Shown: positions 18,412 through 28,867, counted from the first letter of the stretch. The stretch: 32,000 nt of DNA from Hyperthermus butylicus DSM 5456 (GCF_000015145.1 NC_008818.1:1230001-1262000), one strand, 5' to 3'. Made by a program: numbers and translations. The notes: generated from the sequence alone by a model not told the origin.

Positions 18412-18466
18412 CGGCCCTGCAACAGCTCCGCCCGGCCAGGGCGGAGCTATTGGATGAGCAGGGCTG
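18412..18466 (+). repeat. Long two-part hairpin: CGGCCCTGC...GCAGGGCTG outer stem (one G-U pair) and AGCTCCGCCC-GGCCA-GGGCGGAGCT inner stem
   Basis: Direct reading; TTATAA at 18377-18382 about 25-30 nt upstream of the hairpin. Confidence 0.75.
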
Positions 18467-18524
18467 GGACGTATTCACCGTGCACAACTCCTCCCTAGCC
18501 GCCTTGACGTGGCGGTGGAGCTAG

Positions 18525-19220
18525 ATGAAGATAATAGCGGTATCGGATGTTCATAGCCCACGCTATCTACTGCACTATATGGCGGCTCTATCGAAGCATA
18601 AGAGTGACTGCGAGTCAGCAATGCTGGTGGTTTGGGCTGGCGACATGGTTGACAAGGGCCGGGTTGGGGCCCTACAGCAAGTAATTGCTGTTACGAGAAG
18701 GTTTTGTGGGCATAAGAGTATTGTTGCAGTATTTGGTAACGAGGAGTACATGGATCTCGAAAGGACATTCATAGAGAAATACAATGATGTCGTATGGTTA
18801 AATGATAGTTACATGACGCTCAGCGCTAACGGTTTATGCTACGGGATTTACGGTACGCGGGGCGCGCTTGACAGACCTACACGCTGGCAGGAGCGTAACA
18901 TACCCAATATAAGGTTCATTTATCAGCTTCGCGTTGAGAGGCTAAGGAGGACTCTCCAAAAACTAAAGTCCATATGTCAAAAGCTCATAGTTGTAATGCA
19001 TTATGCACCAACCTATGCTACTCTAGAGGGTGAGGACGAGAAGATATGGCCCGAAATAGGGAGTAAAGCCATGGAGAAAGCGTTGCTAGAGGTAAAGCCT
19101 GACATAGTTATACACGGGCATGCACATAGGTCGAAGCGGCTTGAAGTAGACCTCCAAGGCGTAAGGGTATACAATGTTGCCCTCCCTGCACGTGGCGGCA
19201 TAACAATCATAGAGGTGTAA
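18525..19220 (+). CDS. Calcineurin-like metallophosphoesterase
   Basis: MKIIAVSDVHS, WAGDMVDKG, FGNEEY, and IHGHAH motifs. Confidence 0.88.
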   Translation: MKIIAVSDVHSPRYLLHYMAALSKHKSDCESAMLVVWAGDMVDKGRVGALQQVIAVTRRFCGHKSIVAVFGNEEYMDLERTFIEKYNDVVWLNDSYMTLSANGLCYGIYGTRGALDRPTRWQERNIPNIRFIYQLRVERLRRTLQKLKSICQKLIVVMHYAPTYATLEGEDEKIWPEIGSKAMEKALLEVKPDIVIHGHAHRSKRLEVDLQGVRVYNVALPARGGITIIEV

Positions 19221-19283
19221 GGGCCTGTGATGTATAGGCCGCCTATGCTGATTAGCTGATGAATCTTTTACGGGCTGAGGCTC
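19221..19283 (+). ncRNA. Candidate box C/D guide sRNA directly abutting the phosphoesterase stop codon
   Basis: Stem GGGCC; 1 nt; C-like GTGATGT (19227-19233); 14 nt; D' CTGA (19248-19251); 4 nt; C' CTGATGA (19256-19262); 12-nt guide ATCTTTTACGGG; D CTGA (19275-19278); stem GGCTC (one G-U pair). Confidence 0.65.
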
Positions 19284-19341
19284 AGGCAGCCGCCACAGCT
19301 TCATCGCCCTCTGCTCCGGGTTCGGGATGTTCATCACAGCC
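19279..19341 (-). ncRNA. Weaker candidate C/D sRNA, convergent with the previous one
   Basis: Minus strand: C GTGATGA; 12 nt; D'-like CGGA; 7 nt; C' GCGATGA; 15 nt; D CTGA; only a 3-bp GGC/GCC closing stem. Confidence 0.35.
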
Positions 19342-19430
19342 GGGTCAAGCTCTCCAGGGAATTTATCATTTCGGTTTAGTACTTGTCTATATTACTTGTC
19401 TTAGTATATTGGTGCAGTCGGGGAGGATGT

Positions 19431-20189
19431 ATGGTTGAAAGGGTAGCTTACATAGATGTTCACAGCCACCTCCCAGAATACAGTGATGCCGATATTGAAC
19501 GCATACTAGCCAGCATAGATGTTGTAATAGTTTCTGTCGGCGAGGATTTAGAGAGCAGCATTAGAAGCATTGAGATAGCCGAGAAATATAAGGATAGGAT
19601 ATACCCCTGTATAGGCCTTCACCCCTGGAATGTTAAGTCTCTTAGGGAAGCTCTAGACGAAGCGAAAAGGATAGTCGATCTAGCACTGAGCCGAAACATT
19701 AAATGCCTAGGAGAGGTAGGCCTTGACACAAAGTTTGTTGGCGAGACCATAGAGCTGCAGCGTGAAGTTTTCCGCATATTTCTCGAAGCTGCACGTGACT
19801 ACAAGCTATTCCTTAACTTGCATACAGCGGGAACATGGGAAGAGGTTTTCAACCTACTAATACGCTACGATATTGTTGCAGCTAACTTCCACTGGTATAC
19901 TGGGCCGCTACACTTGCTAAAGGACATAGAGTCTGCTGGCTATACGATATCGATAAACCCTGCTGTAAAGATACAGGCTAAGCACCGCAATGTGGTAAAG
20001 GCAGCACCCATATCGATAATGCTTACCGAGAGTGATTCGCCGTACAAGTATCGCAGTCTAGAGCTGGAGCCCCGCCTTGTAGCTGATGCAGTGGCCGAGA
20101 TAGCAGCTATAAAATCCGTGGAGGCTAGCGAAGTTAAAAAGTTGGTCTATGAGAACTTTAGGAAAAAGGTGTTAAGTGTTATTGGCTAG
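19431..20189 (+). CDS. TatD-family metal-dependent hydrolase (ORF open from 19383)
   Basis: YIDVHSHLPEY, CIGLHPW, CLGEVGLD, NLHT, and LTESDSPY motifs. Confidence 0.85.
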   Translation: MVERVAYIDVHSHLPEYSDADIERILASIDVVIVSVGEDLESSIRSIEIAEKYKDRIYPCIGLHPWNVKSLREALDEAKRIVDLALSRNIKCLGEVGLDTKFVGETIELQREVFRIFLEAARDYKLFLNLHTAGTWEEVFNLLIRYDIVAANFHWYTGPLHLLKDIESAGYTISINPAVKIQAKHRNVVKAAPISIMLTESDSPYKYRSLELEPRLVADAVAEIAAIKSVEASEVKKLVYENFRKKVLSVIG

Positions 20190-22038
20190 CCAATACTCTT
20201 GCCTTGAAGTACATCGTCAGGCACGATACCCTTGTATGCCTCGTAATATATTGGTGTGCTCTTTAGCAGCTTAATGTTGCGTACATACTTGATGTCGGGC
20301 CCTATATCCTTGCCGCCATACTTTCTTACGTATTCTTCAATTGGTATTCCGTACTTCCTAATGATATGGTCGCGGTAAAGGTCGTGAACACGTTATATGT
20401 ACAGAATGGTATTATTCTACCGTCCGGTGATAGGTAGTGGATATTGCACCTCATTACGCGCTCTACGTCGTAGTTGTATGGGTCCATGAAGTGCATGTTG
20501 CCGAGGAATAGCATTCTATAGTGTAGCTCGCCGAGGGCCTCATAGTTGCGTTTTATGAACACATTGGCTAGCAGCTTAGTTATATTGAGGTCTTTTGGCA
20601 GCTTTTCGCGGTCAACAAACTTTGGTAGATCTTTTATGATTGATGCTATCTTGAGCTTGTGTTTGAACCCACTAAGCCTTCCCTCTCTAGCTGCTCTTAG
20701 CTCTCCGGTCTTCTGTTCCATGTACTCTATGAAGCCCTCAACGTCAAAGAACTCTGTTATCGGTATAAACCTCTTAGGTAGCCCGTCGGCATCACGCTCT
20801 ACGAAAACGTATGTCGCTGAACCGCATGCTGGATGGTTGGCCATACATATCTTCAGCTCGCCGCTGAGAGCCTCAAGGAAGTATGCAAACTTTGCTGCCA
20901 CAGGTATAGGGAACCATGCGTCAGCTGGTATCTGGCCATCTGTCTGTTCTTCGATAAGCTTTAGCACATCAGGTATTGTTACCCGGTACTTTTCCCTCTC
21001 CTCCTTCCTCATTCTGCCAGTGAGGCTGACGGGCTGATAATTTACACCCCTAATCACGTCCATGTGTTTGGCAGCGAACTTTATTATTGCGCCGAGTTCA
21101 TGTGTGTTAATACCTTTTATCACAGTGGGTACTAGCACCACGCTAGTCACGCCAGCCCTCCTAAAGACCTCAAGGGTATACGGTACCTCCCAGTGGTTCT
21201 TCGGGTTCGTACGCGGCGTAACACCGTCAAAGCTCATATAAACTGTGTTTAGGCCAGCCTCGCGGAGCTTCTTAGCGTACTCTACAGCTGTTTCTGGGCC
21301 CTTTTCGAACCATAGCCTTGCAAATGTTATGCCGTGAGTGTTGAGCTGTATATGGCGTACACCTTCCTCCTTCAACAGCTTAATGATCTCGGGGAGGTCT
21401 GGCCTTAGTGTTGGCTCGCCACCGGTTATCTGGACAGACATTACAACGCCTTCTTTGGCGTACTGTCTTATCATCATCCTTATTTGCTCCAGTGTTGGCT
21501 CATAAACATAACCCATCTTCTCGGCGTAGAAGAAGCAATACCAGCATGATAAGTCGCAGCGGTTAGTTACAACCAGATTTGCGAGTGCTGTATGGTTCTT
21601 ATGGCGTGGACATAATCCACAGTTAAAGGGGCATGGCGCTTCAAGCTTTACGTATGCTGTAACGCCAGTACCTTCCTCCTCATACTTCATGAATCTCTTG
21701 TATATCTGGGCGTCGCCAAAGTACAGCTCTTCTATGGTGCCATGCTCAGGGCAGCTCCTCTTGATGTATACCTTTCCACCGCGCTCAAATATTACTGCTG
21801 GTAGCAGCCGGTAACAGTATGGGCATACAGTAAGCGTGTATGCTATAAATCTCTCGTTCTCCTTCAGCTTTGGTAATGGACCTCCGATACGTATCGTTCT
21901 ACCTGCTATACTAACGGTCTTCGCCTTAGGATCAAACCTTGCAGGTGCGTCAAGTATTTGTGCATGCCGCTGGTCAGTTTCGCTACGACGGTCTGAGTGC
22001 AGTGATAGCATGTCCACTTGCCCCTCTTGAAGCCTCAA
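20186..22038 (-). CDS. tes: Radical SAM tetraether lipid synthase-like protein (Tes/MJ0619 family), 3' end interrupted by an apparent -1 frameshift near 20384-20388
   Basis: N-terminal CPYCYRLLPAV...CPEHG, CPFNCGLCPRHKNHTALANLVVTNRCDLSCWYCFF, and ITGGEPTLR. After FCTYNVF the frame shifts; the +1 frame continues DLYRDHIIRKYGIPIEEYVRKYGGKDIGPDIKYVRNIKLLKSTPIYYEAYKGIVPDDVLQGKSIG to TAG at 20186. Confidence 0.8.
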
Positions 22039-22132
22039 ATAGAGTATACCCCTTGACGACTGTTAAAAAGATATCAGTGCTTGAAACTAACACTTGTTTA
22101 AGAAACCCGTAGGTTATCCCACTCCGAGGGAT

Positions 22133-23842
22133 TCAGCACCTAAAGCCCGTAAGGCCTACGTAGCGTAGCACGTCCCGACCAAGTCTAGCCAATTCGCTGC
22201 TTGAACGGAAGGGTCTACGCGATACCACTTGAAGGGCCATGCTCCTGCCTAGTACCTTAGTTAAGGCTGAAAGGCTTGCATGGTTAGCGTCAAGGGGTAT
22301 TGGCATACCGCGCACGCTTCGTGCAGAATGAGAGTAGACAACGACATCTATGACTAATGGAGGGTCGAGCTTACACGGTATCTCGACTACCACCGGGTAG
22401 CTTCCAGCCTGCCTGGCAAAGGTTACCCCTTGTGATGCATCGTATTTTTCAACGTAAACGTGCCTTAGCACAGAACCGCGAGGCAGTAGGCGTTCAAGGA
22501 AGAGTTTCGAGTATCTCAATGCTATCCTCTGAAACCACTTTGCATACCTCTCATGCTTCTTTACGATTTTCGTGCCAACAAGCGACATCCTAGTGCCAGG
22601 GAGTACTAACACCTTCCTAACGTTAATCCTTCTTAGCTGCAGCCCCCTTCTATACACCTCCTCGAGTAGTTGTGTGTTGAGCTTATAGGTTTCAGCAGTC
22701 TCGCCTATAAGGCCTAGGACGAAGTTTATGCCTGGGAGAAGTTCTGGAAGCCCATTATAGCCTGGCACGTCTCCATACCTGTTAATAATCTCGATAGCCT
22801 TTAGCGTCTCTTCCGGTAGTGTCTTAAGGTTATTCTCTACAACGACTCTAGGGTCAGCTGTCTCTATGCCGAGGGCAGCTACGTCTCCAGGTGTATGATA
22901 CTTAATTATGGTCTTGATGGCCTTAACAGACTCTTCCTCATGGCGCACAATAGTTCCAGGGTTAACATTGTCTATGTGGAGTGTGATAAGGCTTGGTGCT
23001 ACACTTCTAATTCCATGCAGTAGCCTTTCAAGGGCTTCCGGGTTGGGCTTAGGCCACTCGGTAGTGTCAAGCTCCTTGCTGCCGTAAACTAGTATGTCTG
23101 CTTGCCGCCCAAGCCTGAAGTGACGTACACCAGCACGGTATAACGCTTCAACCTCCCTGACAACGTCTTCCGGTTTTCTCTGCCTTGGTTTGCCGTAGAG
23201 TTTTGTTACACAGAAGCTACAGCCACCACTTATCCAACGGCTGCAGCCGCGATATGTTTCAATTTCAGCTACTAGGTTATAACCATGGTTAGGGTGTTGT
23301 TCAACAATCTTTGCACCCTTAACGGCAAACTCTGCTAGAAGGTCAAGGTTTTCAAGCCTCACCCATGGCCTCGCCTTCTCTGGCCCTTCCACAGCGTACT
23401 CGTAGACATATAACTCTGGGTCACCGGTCACTATCACGTCGAAATTGTTTCTAATGGTACTTGGGAGAGCTGCAACTGTGCCACCCTCGTTTCCTATTCC
23501 CCACCGTGCAGCCGCACCAACAAGCATCTTGAACGGCCTATCTATGAGGCTAAACCATGTCTTGAGTTCTTCAAGCGTTATGGGAGTACCGCCAATATAC
23601 CTGCCCGGTACTACAGCACCAGCAATAACTATCACTGTGTCGTATGTATTTGCTCTCTTTATGAATTCTGACGGGTTTCGGCGTGCTTCGTCAACAGTGA
23701 AATAGTGTATGGTGGTAGACTTATCCACAGCCCAGATAGCGCCCGCTATATAGCGGGGATACACGTCTATGTAGGGTGGCACGCCGAAACCAGCAGGCTC
23801 GTCGGTATAGCCGTCGAGTATCAGTACCCTCCTGGGCTTCAT
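22133..23842 (-). CDS. Radical SAM protein of the COG1031 type with C-terminal HhH-like region
   Basis: [61 protein letters not shown], and [13 protein letters not shown]. Confidence 0.82.
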   Translation of the reverse strand: MKPRRVLILDGYTDEPAGFGVPPYIDVYPRYIAGAIWAVDKSTTIHYFTVDEARRNPSEFIKRANTYDTVIVIAGAVVPGRYIGGTPITLEELKTWFSLIDRPFKMLVGAAARWGIGNEGGTVAALPSTIRNNFDVIVTGDPELYVYEYAVEGPEKARPWVRLENLDLLAEFAVKGAKIVEQHPNHGYNLVAEIETYRGCSRWISGGCSFCVTKLYGKPRQRKPEDVVREVEALYRAGVRHFRLGRQADILVYGSKELDTTEWPKPNPEALERLLHGIRSVAPSLITLHIDNVNPGTIVRHEEESVKAIKTIIKYHTPGDVAALGIETADPRVVVENNLKTLPEETLKAIEIINRYGDVPGYNGLPELLPGINFVLGLIGETAETYKLNTQLLEEVYRRGLQLRRINVRKVLVLPGTRMSLVGTKIVKKHERYAKWFQRIALRYSKLFLERLLPRGSVLRHVYVEKYDASQGVTFARQAGSYPVVVEIPCKLDPPLVIDVVVYSHSARSVRGMPIPLDANHASLSALTKVLGRSMALQVVSRRPFRSSSELARLGRDVLRYVGLTGFRC

Positions 23843-23879
23843 GGTCAGCCCCTAACCCGGCTGCGCCTCCACTCGATAG

Positions 23880-25037
23880 CTAGCTCACAGGCTCGTAGAG
23901 TATGCCTAGTTTATCAGCGTAAGCCTTTACTTCCTCAACCTCCTCAAGGTGCACCCTGCGTGCTATATCCCTCCATCTCCGGGGGTACTTTGCTACCAGG
24001 TTTTCAGGTCTATACTGATCCATAATGTTTACCAGAATCCGGTCTACTGGCAGGTTTTCGGAAATCCACTGCATAATGGGCTTGCTACAACACTCTATAT
24101 GGTTTGGAAGCACTAGATGTCTAATAATCATGTCTCCATGCTCAACAGCTATTCTGATATTCCTAGTTACTATCTCAAAGTATCTGGGCACAGCTGAAAG
24201 CCTAAGGGCGCACTTATCGTCACCATACTTGAAGTCTGGAAGCCACAAATCAACAAAATCTATCAGTATCTCCATTGCTTCAAGAGTCATGTACATATTG
24301 GAGTTCCATATATGGGGCACGTTGACGTCGAGATACAATAGTGATTCAACGATAGTCGGTATATTTGGTGTTGGTTCACCACCCACATGGTTTATGTTTC
24401 GGGCACCATAGATACGTAGCTCCCGCTGCATTTGTGCAAGCCTCTTGGCATCAACAACCTCTCCTGCACGGGGCATAACTTGGCTTATATCATAGTTCTG
24501 GCAGTATACGCAAGTAAAATTGCAGCCACCATAGAATATTGTGCCGCTAGGAACCAGTGGCGGCTCCTCGCCGAGATGATGGAACCAACTATGGACATAG
24601 GTCTTATTGTCTATGCGGCACGCTCCGATACGCCTACTACGGTCAATCATACACCTTCTCTCACACAGTCTACACGGGTTAGCTAGCCGCCTAGCAGCCT
24701 CAACGTCAAGGTGGAGTAGCGAGTACTCCGGTTTATCCCTAAACTCACGCTCGTAGACCTCTAGTGTCAGTGAGCCCTCAAGAGCCTCCTTTCGCAGTTT
24801 CTCAAGCTCAGCGTGGAGGCGACGCTTAAGTTGCCAAAGGTTTTCATCGTCCAACTTTGAGGGGTTCTCACCAGCGTCCACGGCACGGGCAAGGAGGAAC
24901 TTTGCCGGTGCTTCATCATTCATAACCATGTAGTACCATTTGAGCCTCCTACGCACTTCGTCGTTAAACCATACATATATGGCATCGGGTCTAATGCGTC
25001 TCCATATGACCTCTGGGACGAACCTATCGTACACCAA
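23880..25037 (-). CDS. Radical SAM protein, PFL-activase-like (COG1313/PflX type)
   Basis: CRLCERRCMIDRSRRIGACRI, GGCNFTCVYCQNYDISQ, HVGGEPTPN, and DLWLPDFKYG. Confidence 0.85.
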   Translation of the reverse strand: MVYDRFVPEVIWRRIRPDAIYVWFNDEVRRRLKWYYMVMNDEAPAKFLLARAVDAGENPSKLDDENLWQLKRRLHAELEKLRKEALEGSLTLEVYEREFRDKPEYSLLHLDVEAARRLANPCRLCERRCMIDRSRRIGACRIDNKTYVHSWFHHLGEEPPLVPSGTIFYGGCNFTCVYCQNYDISQVMPRAGEVVDAKRLAQMQRELRIYGARNINHVGGEPTPNIPTIVESLLYLDVNVPHIWNSNMYMTLEAMEILIDFVDLWLPDFKYGDDKCALRLSAVPRYFEIVTRNIRIAVEHGDMIIRHLVLPNHIECCSKPIMQWISENLPVDRILVNIMDQYRPENLVAKYPRRWRDIARRVHLEEVEEVKAYADKLGILYEPVS

Positions 25038-25482
25038 CGCAGTAATGCCCCACAGAATAGAATTACGCTAGCAACCCGTTATACTAGTTGACGCGACATA
25101 CTAGCTACTCGTACTCATAACTTCTTGCAAGCAGATCAAGTTCCTAGTATTGAGCACAGAGTGTGGCTGTAAGGTACAGCTCCACTGATAATTGCCCCCT
25201 ATAGAAGCGTAGAACTCTACATGAACTTCATGAACGCAGATGAGCTATATGCTGGTGAATGAAGGCTCTATAGTGATAGCAGAAATAATTGAGGGTTAGG
25301 GAAGTCGTTATCCATGTGCTACTTCGGTGCCATCTAAACACTAGAGCATCAGGGAGAGGTGGTTCTTTAGTCAAAACATTTAGACATGTATGGATGCCAC
25401 ATTTTAGTCGCATAGCGTAATGTCCAGGGCAGGTCTCCACTCGTTTTCAGCTTGCCTGTACATAGTACTGGTTGTTGTGGCA

Positions 25483-25758
25483 CTACTTACTGGTTGTCCG
25501 CTCTAAGAAGAGTCTATAGGCCTTCCATTCAGGCATGTTAGCATATTCTAGAGCTAGCCTGTAGAGCCGCTCTAGCTCTTCGTCCGAAGCATGATCTATA
25601 GGCTCGCCCTGGTAACCCGACTCTTCCCATCTTCTCTGCAGCTCCTCGAGAAGTTTCTCCACGTAGGGATCGCTGTAGAATGCTGCCTTGTTCATCTGTG
25701 GGGCGTTTTCGACAATATCTAGTATCCGTGCCTTTAGCTCCTCTCGTGTAAGAGCCAC
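25483..25758 (-). CDS. Hypothetical protein downstream of serS
   Basis: 91-aa ORF 6 nt after serS in the same orientation. Confidence 0.55.
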   Translation of the reverse strand: MALTREELKARILDIVENAPQMNKAAFYSDPYVEKLLEELQRRWEESGYQGEPIDHASDEELERLYRLALEYANMPEWKAYRLFLERTTSK

Positions 25759-25764
25759 TGTTCT

Positions 25765-27147
25765 CTAGCCCCTCACCTTCTTCACGGGGTGGATAGCATC
25801 TTTTGGTGCTTTCGGGAATATTTCAAGATATTTTCTCAGCACCTTAGGTATGACTACTGTGCCGTCGGGCTCCTGGAAGTTTTCCAGTATGGCTGTTATC
25901 GTTCTTGTTGAAGCTATGGCTGTTGAGTTTAGTGTGTGTACGTACTCGCGCTTCATATCTTTCTTCCTCACGAGCCTTATATTTAGCCGGTAGCTCTGCC
26001 AGTCAGTGGTGTTGCTTGCACTAACCATTTCCCTATACTTGCCTTGTGCAGGCATCCACACCTCAAGGTCATACTTCTTAGCTGCGGGTGCGCCTAGCTC
26101 GCCGGAGACAACGTTTACGACACGGTATGGTAGGCCTAGCCCCTGGAATAGTTCCTCAGCATTCCTTATCAGCTCTTCAAGAATATCCCAGCTCTCCTCT
26201 GGTTTTGCGTACACAAACTGCTCGACCTTGTGGAACTGGTGTACACGGAATATTCCTTTGAGGTCGCGGTTACCTGCACCGGCCTCCTTGCGAAAGCATG
26301 GACTTATACCGACAAGCTTTATGGGTAGCTCGTCCTCCATTATCTCCTCGTTGTAGTAAAGGCCAGCGAGAGGGTGTTCAGCGGTAGCTATGAGGTATAG
26401 GTCTTCGTCTTCAACCTTGTATATTGCGTCCTTAAAGGTCTCCATGTCTATTACGCCCATCAGTATTTTGTGCCTTATCATGTATGGTGGTAGTACGAGT
26501 CGGTAGCCCTTCTGGGTAAGCCTGTCTATAGCATAGAGGAGCAGTGCAAAGTCGAGCCAGACAATGTCGTCGAAGAGGTAGTAGAAGCGTGAACCTGCAA
26601 CTTCGGCAGCCTTCATAGTATTGCCAAGCTTTAACACGTATTCAAGCATGTCAGCGTGGCCTACCGGTTTCCAGTCGATAAGCTCATAGTCTACCTTGAA
26701 ACCCCATCGTTCGGTTTGCGCTTTAAACGCGTCAAGATGCCCTCTGTAAACCCTTGGCCGGCCCCAGAAGCGAATGGGCACGTTCTCCTCGTCTGAAAAG
26801 CCTACCGGTACACTGTCATGCACGATGTTTGGTAGAGATAGGAGTATCCTCTCGCGTTCCTCCTCGAGAGCCTTAAGCTTCTTTTCCAGCTCCTCCCTCT
26901 CAGCTAGGAGTCTTCTAGCCTCCTCTATCAGTTTCCTCCGCTCCTCGGGATCCCTAGCTGAAGCTATCTGTCTTGTTATCACGTTATGACGGTGTCTTAT
27001 CTCGTCAACTTGCCTCTTAAGCTTCCTCCACTCCTCGTCGACTCTCTTAGCCTCATCGATAACTGATGGGTCTAGTCCTCTCTTTCTCATGCTATCCTTC
27101 AGTATGTCGGGGTTTTCACGCAAGTAGCGCAATATGCTCCAAGTCAA
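25765..27147 (-). CDS. serS: Seryl-tRNA synthetase
   Basis: N-terminal coiled-coil arm; [44 protein letters not shown], and [20 protein letters not shown]. Confidence 0.96.
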   Translation of the reverse strand: MTWSILRYLRENPDILKDSMRKRGLDPSVIDEAKRVDEEWRKLKRQVDEIRHRHNVITRQIASARDPEERRKLIEEARRLLAEREELEKKLKALEEERERILLSLPNIVHDSVPVGFSDEENVPIRFWGRPRVYRGHLDAFKAQTERWGFKVDYELIDWKPVGHADMLEYVLKLGNTMKAAEVAGSRFYYLFDDIVWLDFALLLYAIDRLTQKGYRLVLPPYMIRHKILMGVIDMETFKDAIYKVEDEDLYLIATAEHPLAGLYYNEEIMEDELPIKLVGISPCFRKEAGAGNRDLKGIFRVHQFHKVEQFVYAKPEESWDILEELIRNAEELFQGLGLPYRVVNVVSGELGAPAAKKYDLEVWMPAQGKYREMVSASNTTDWQSYRLNIRLVRKKDMKREYVHTLNSTAIASTRTITAILENFQEPDGTVVIPKVLRKYLEIFPKAPKDAIHPVKKVRG

Positions 27148-27305
27148 GATACAAGTACACCCCTAGGCTTACCGAGGGCTCCAGCTGTGCTACGGATGCT
27201 GCTACGCATCTATTCCTCTTACTCTCCCGGTTAAATGGTGTTAATCGTGTAGAAGACGTCTACCCTACAACATAGCCGTGGGTGGGGTTAGTGGATTATT
27301 GTTGC

Positions 27306-27365
27306 TCAGCTAGCTGGTGGTCCCCTCATCACGCTTCAGCTGCCAGCCTATACTGGCTTCATCGC
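27306..27365 (-). ncRNA. Candidate box C/D sRNA, weaker geometry
   Basis: Minus strand: C-like GCGATGA; 19 nt; D' CTGA; 3 nt; C' GTGATGA; 16 nt GGGGACCACCAGCTAG; D CTGA. Good boxes but long spacers and poor closing stem. Confidence 0.45.
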
Positions 27366-27386
27366 CAGCAGGGAGCGTTCTCCCTG

Positions 27387-27797
27387 TTAGGTTTGAGCAG
27401 TTTGCCCTCCATAAATCTCCTTATACCTCTTAATCCACTCATCAACTACATCGTAGCCGAATAACTCTTTGAGCATTTCACGGCCCTCTGGCGTTACGCG
27501 CTCAGGGTTCCAGGGAGTCTCGACATCGAGTTCTACCTCTACGTCCTTAGCTTCGGGTACGCGTTCTCTAATGGCTTCTTCGGCGAGTGTGACTATTTGA
27601 TAAGCGACTGGGCAGCCTGGTGCTGTTACACCAAGCCTAACCTTGATCTTTCCATCCTCCGTTACTTTGAGATCGTATACCAGCCCTAAGTCGTAGACGT
27701 TTACTGGTATTTCGGGATCGTATACGTTGCGGAGGGCATCAACAACCTTCTTACGGATCTCCTCGAGGTTTAGCTTTTTGGGTTGCTCTGTAGACAC
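27387..27797 (-). CDS. DUF59/MIP18-family Fe-S assembly-type protein
   Basis: VYDPEIPVNVYDLGLVYDLKV...GVTAPGCPVA. Confidence 0.88.
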   Translation of the reverse strand: MSTEQPKKLNLEEIRKKVVDALRNVYDPEIPVNVYDLGLVYDLKVTEDGKIKVRLGVTAPGCPVAYQIVTLAEEAIRERVPEAKDVEVELDVETPWNPERVTPEGREMLKELFGYDVVDEWIKRYKEIYGGQTAQT

Positions 27798-27842
27798 GAG
27801 TGATACACCTCCATTTAAACAGCCGTAACATAGGGACCTATT

Positions 27843-28049
27843 TTAGCGTCCCGTCCTCCTTGGTGGCCAGAGCTTCAACGTGACTGCATATGCTGTAAAC
27901 GGCGATGCAAGCGTGAATGCTATCCCAACAATCAGCATGGGTTTGGAGCCAGTCCTAAGTCCAGTATAAACCAGTAGTAGGCCTATAAATGCGAGTGGCG
28001 CTAGCACAATGTTGTACATTATCATTAGCTTCCGTAGACTAGTGTGCAA
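27843..28049 (-). CDS. Small membrane protein, two predicted TM segments
   Basis: 68-aa hydrophobic ORF overlapping the upstream gene by 11 nt. Confidence 0.5.
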   Translation of the reverse strand: MHTSLRKLMIMYNIVLAPLAFIGLLLVYTGLRTGSKPMLIVGIAFTLASPFTAYAVTLKLWPPRRTGR

Positions 28050-28836
28050 TCTCCTCCACCTTCACGTTAGCCCCTTCTAGTAGGCTGCGGAGCTTCTCTA
28101 GAACCTTTTCCGCCTTTGCTTCGGCCTTGCTGCACTCTTCCGCTGATGCCAGGACCTTTACCTCTACAACTGGCTTCTCAAGCTCGTGGCCTTTAGGGTG
28201 GCTCTTGACATAGCAGTCAAGGCATTCCCTAGAGGCCTTCTTAAGCAATGGGGCGAGGCTAGACTCGGGCATACCAGTGATAAGGATTCCTTTCTCTACA
28301 ACACAGAGCTGGGGAAGCAGGGGTTTTAGCTTCTCGAGAACATATTTGAACATTGCCTCCATCTCCCGGGGCACGCCGGGAAGCACGAAGATGTGTGTAC
28401 CCTTCTCAACGAGGTATGCTCCTGGAGCAGCACCAACTGGGTTTGGCAGAGCCTTAGCCCCTGCTGGTAGCAGAGCCATTTTCAGCCTCTCATGCGTCAA
28501 GCTATAGCCTTGAGATTCGTAGAACTCACGCACCATTCTATAGGCATCGGGGTTTAGTGTGAGGGGACGGTTTACAGCAACGGCAACAGCCTCCATAGTT
28601 TTATCGTCATCTGTTGGACCTAATCCCCCAGTTGTAACAACGATGTCTGCGTTGCCGATAGCGTCGCGTAGCACTCCGACTATCTCAGCTATATCGTCGC
28701 CTACCACAACTATACGCTTAACATCTACGCCGCGTAGTGTTAACTCGCGTGCAATCCAGGATGCGTTGGTGTTAATAATACGGCCGATTAGGAGTTCGTT
28801 TCCAATATTTATAATCCATGCTCTCGGCTTGTACAA
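28039..28836 (-). CDS. CinA-like/molybdopterin-binding domain protein (COG1058)
   Basis: IINIGNELLIGRIINTNASWIARELTLRG, VVTTGGLGPTDDDKT, and LPGVPREMEAMF. Confidence 0.88.
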   Translation of the reverse strand: MYKPRAWIINIGNELLIGRIINTNASWIARELTLRGVDVKRIVVVGDDIAEIVGVLRDAIGNADIVVTTGGLGPTDDDKTMEAVAVAVNRPLTLNPDAYRMVREFYESQGYSLTHERLKMALLPAGAKALPNPVGAAPGAYLVEKGTHIFVLPGVPREMEAMFKYVLEKLKPLLPQLCVVEKGILITGMPESSLAPLLKKASRECLDCYVKSHPKGHELEKPVVEVKVLASAEECSKAEAKAEKVLEKLRSLLEGANVKVEEIAH

Positions 28837-28867
28837 TGTATCCGATACCCAGAAAGCTGGCCTCTAG

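Noticed and set aside
19086-19337. 83-aa minus-strand ORF opposite the phosphoesterase 3' end
   Set aside because: Composition looks random, largely antisense to a conserved gene and the sRNA candidates.
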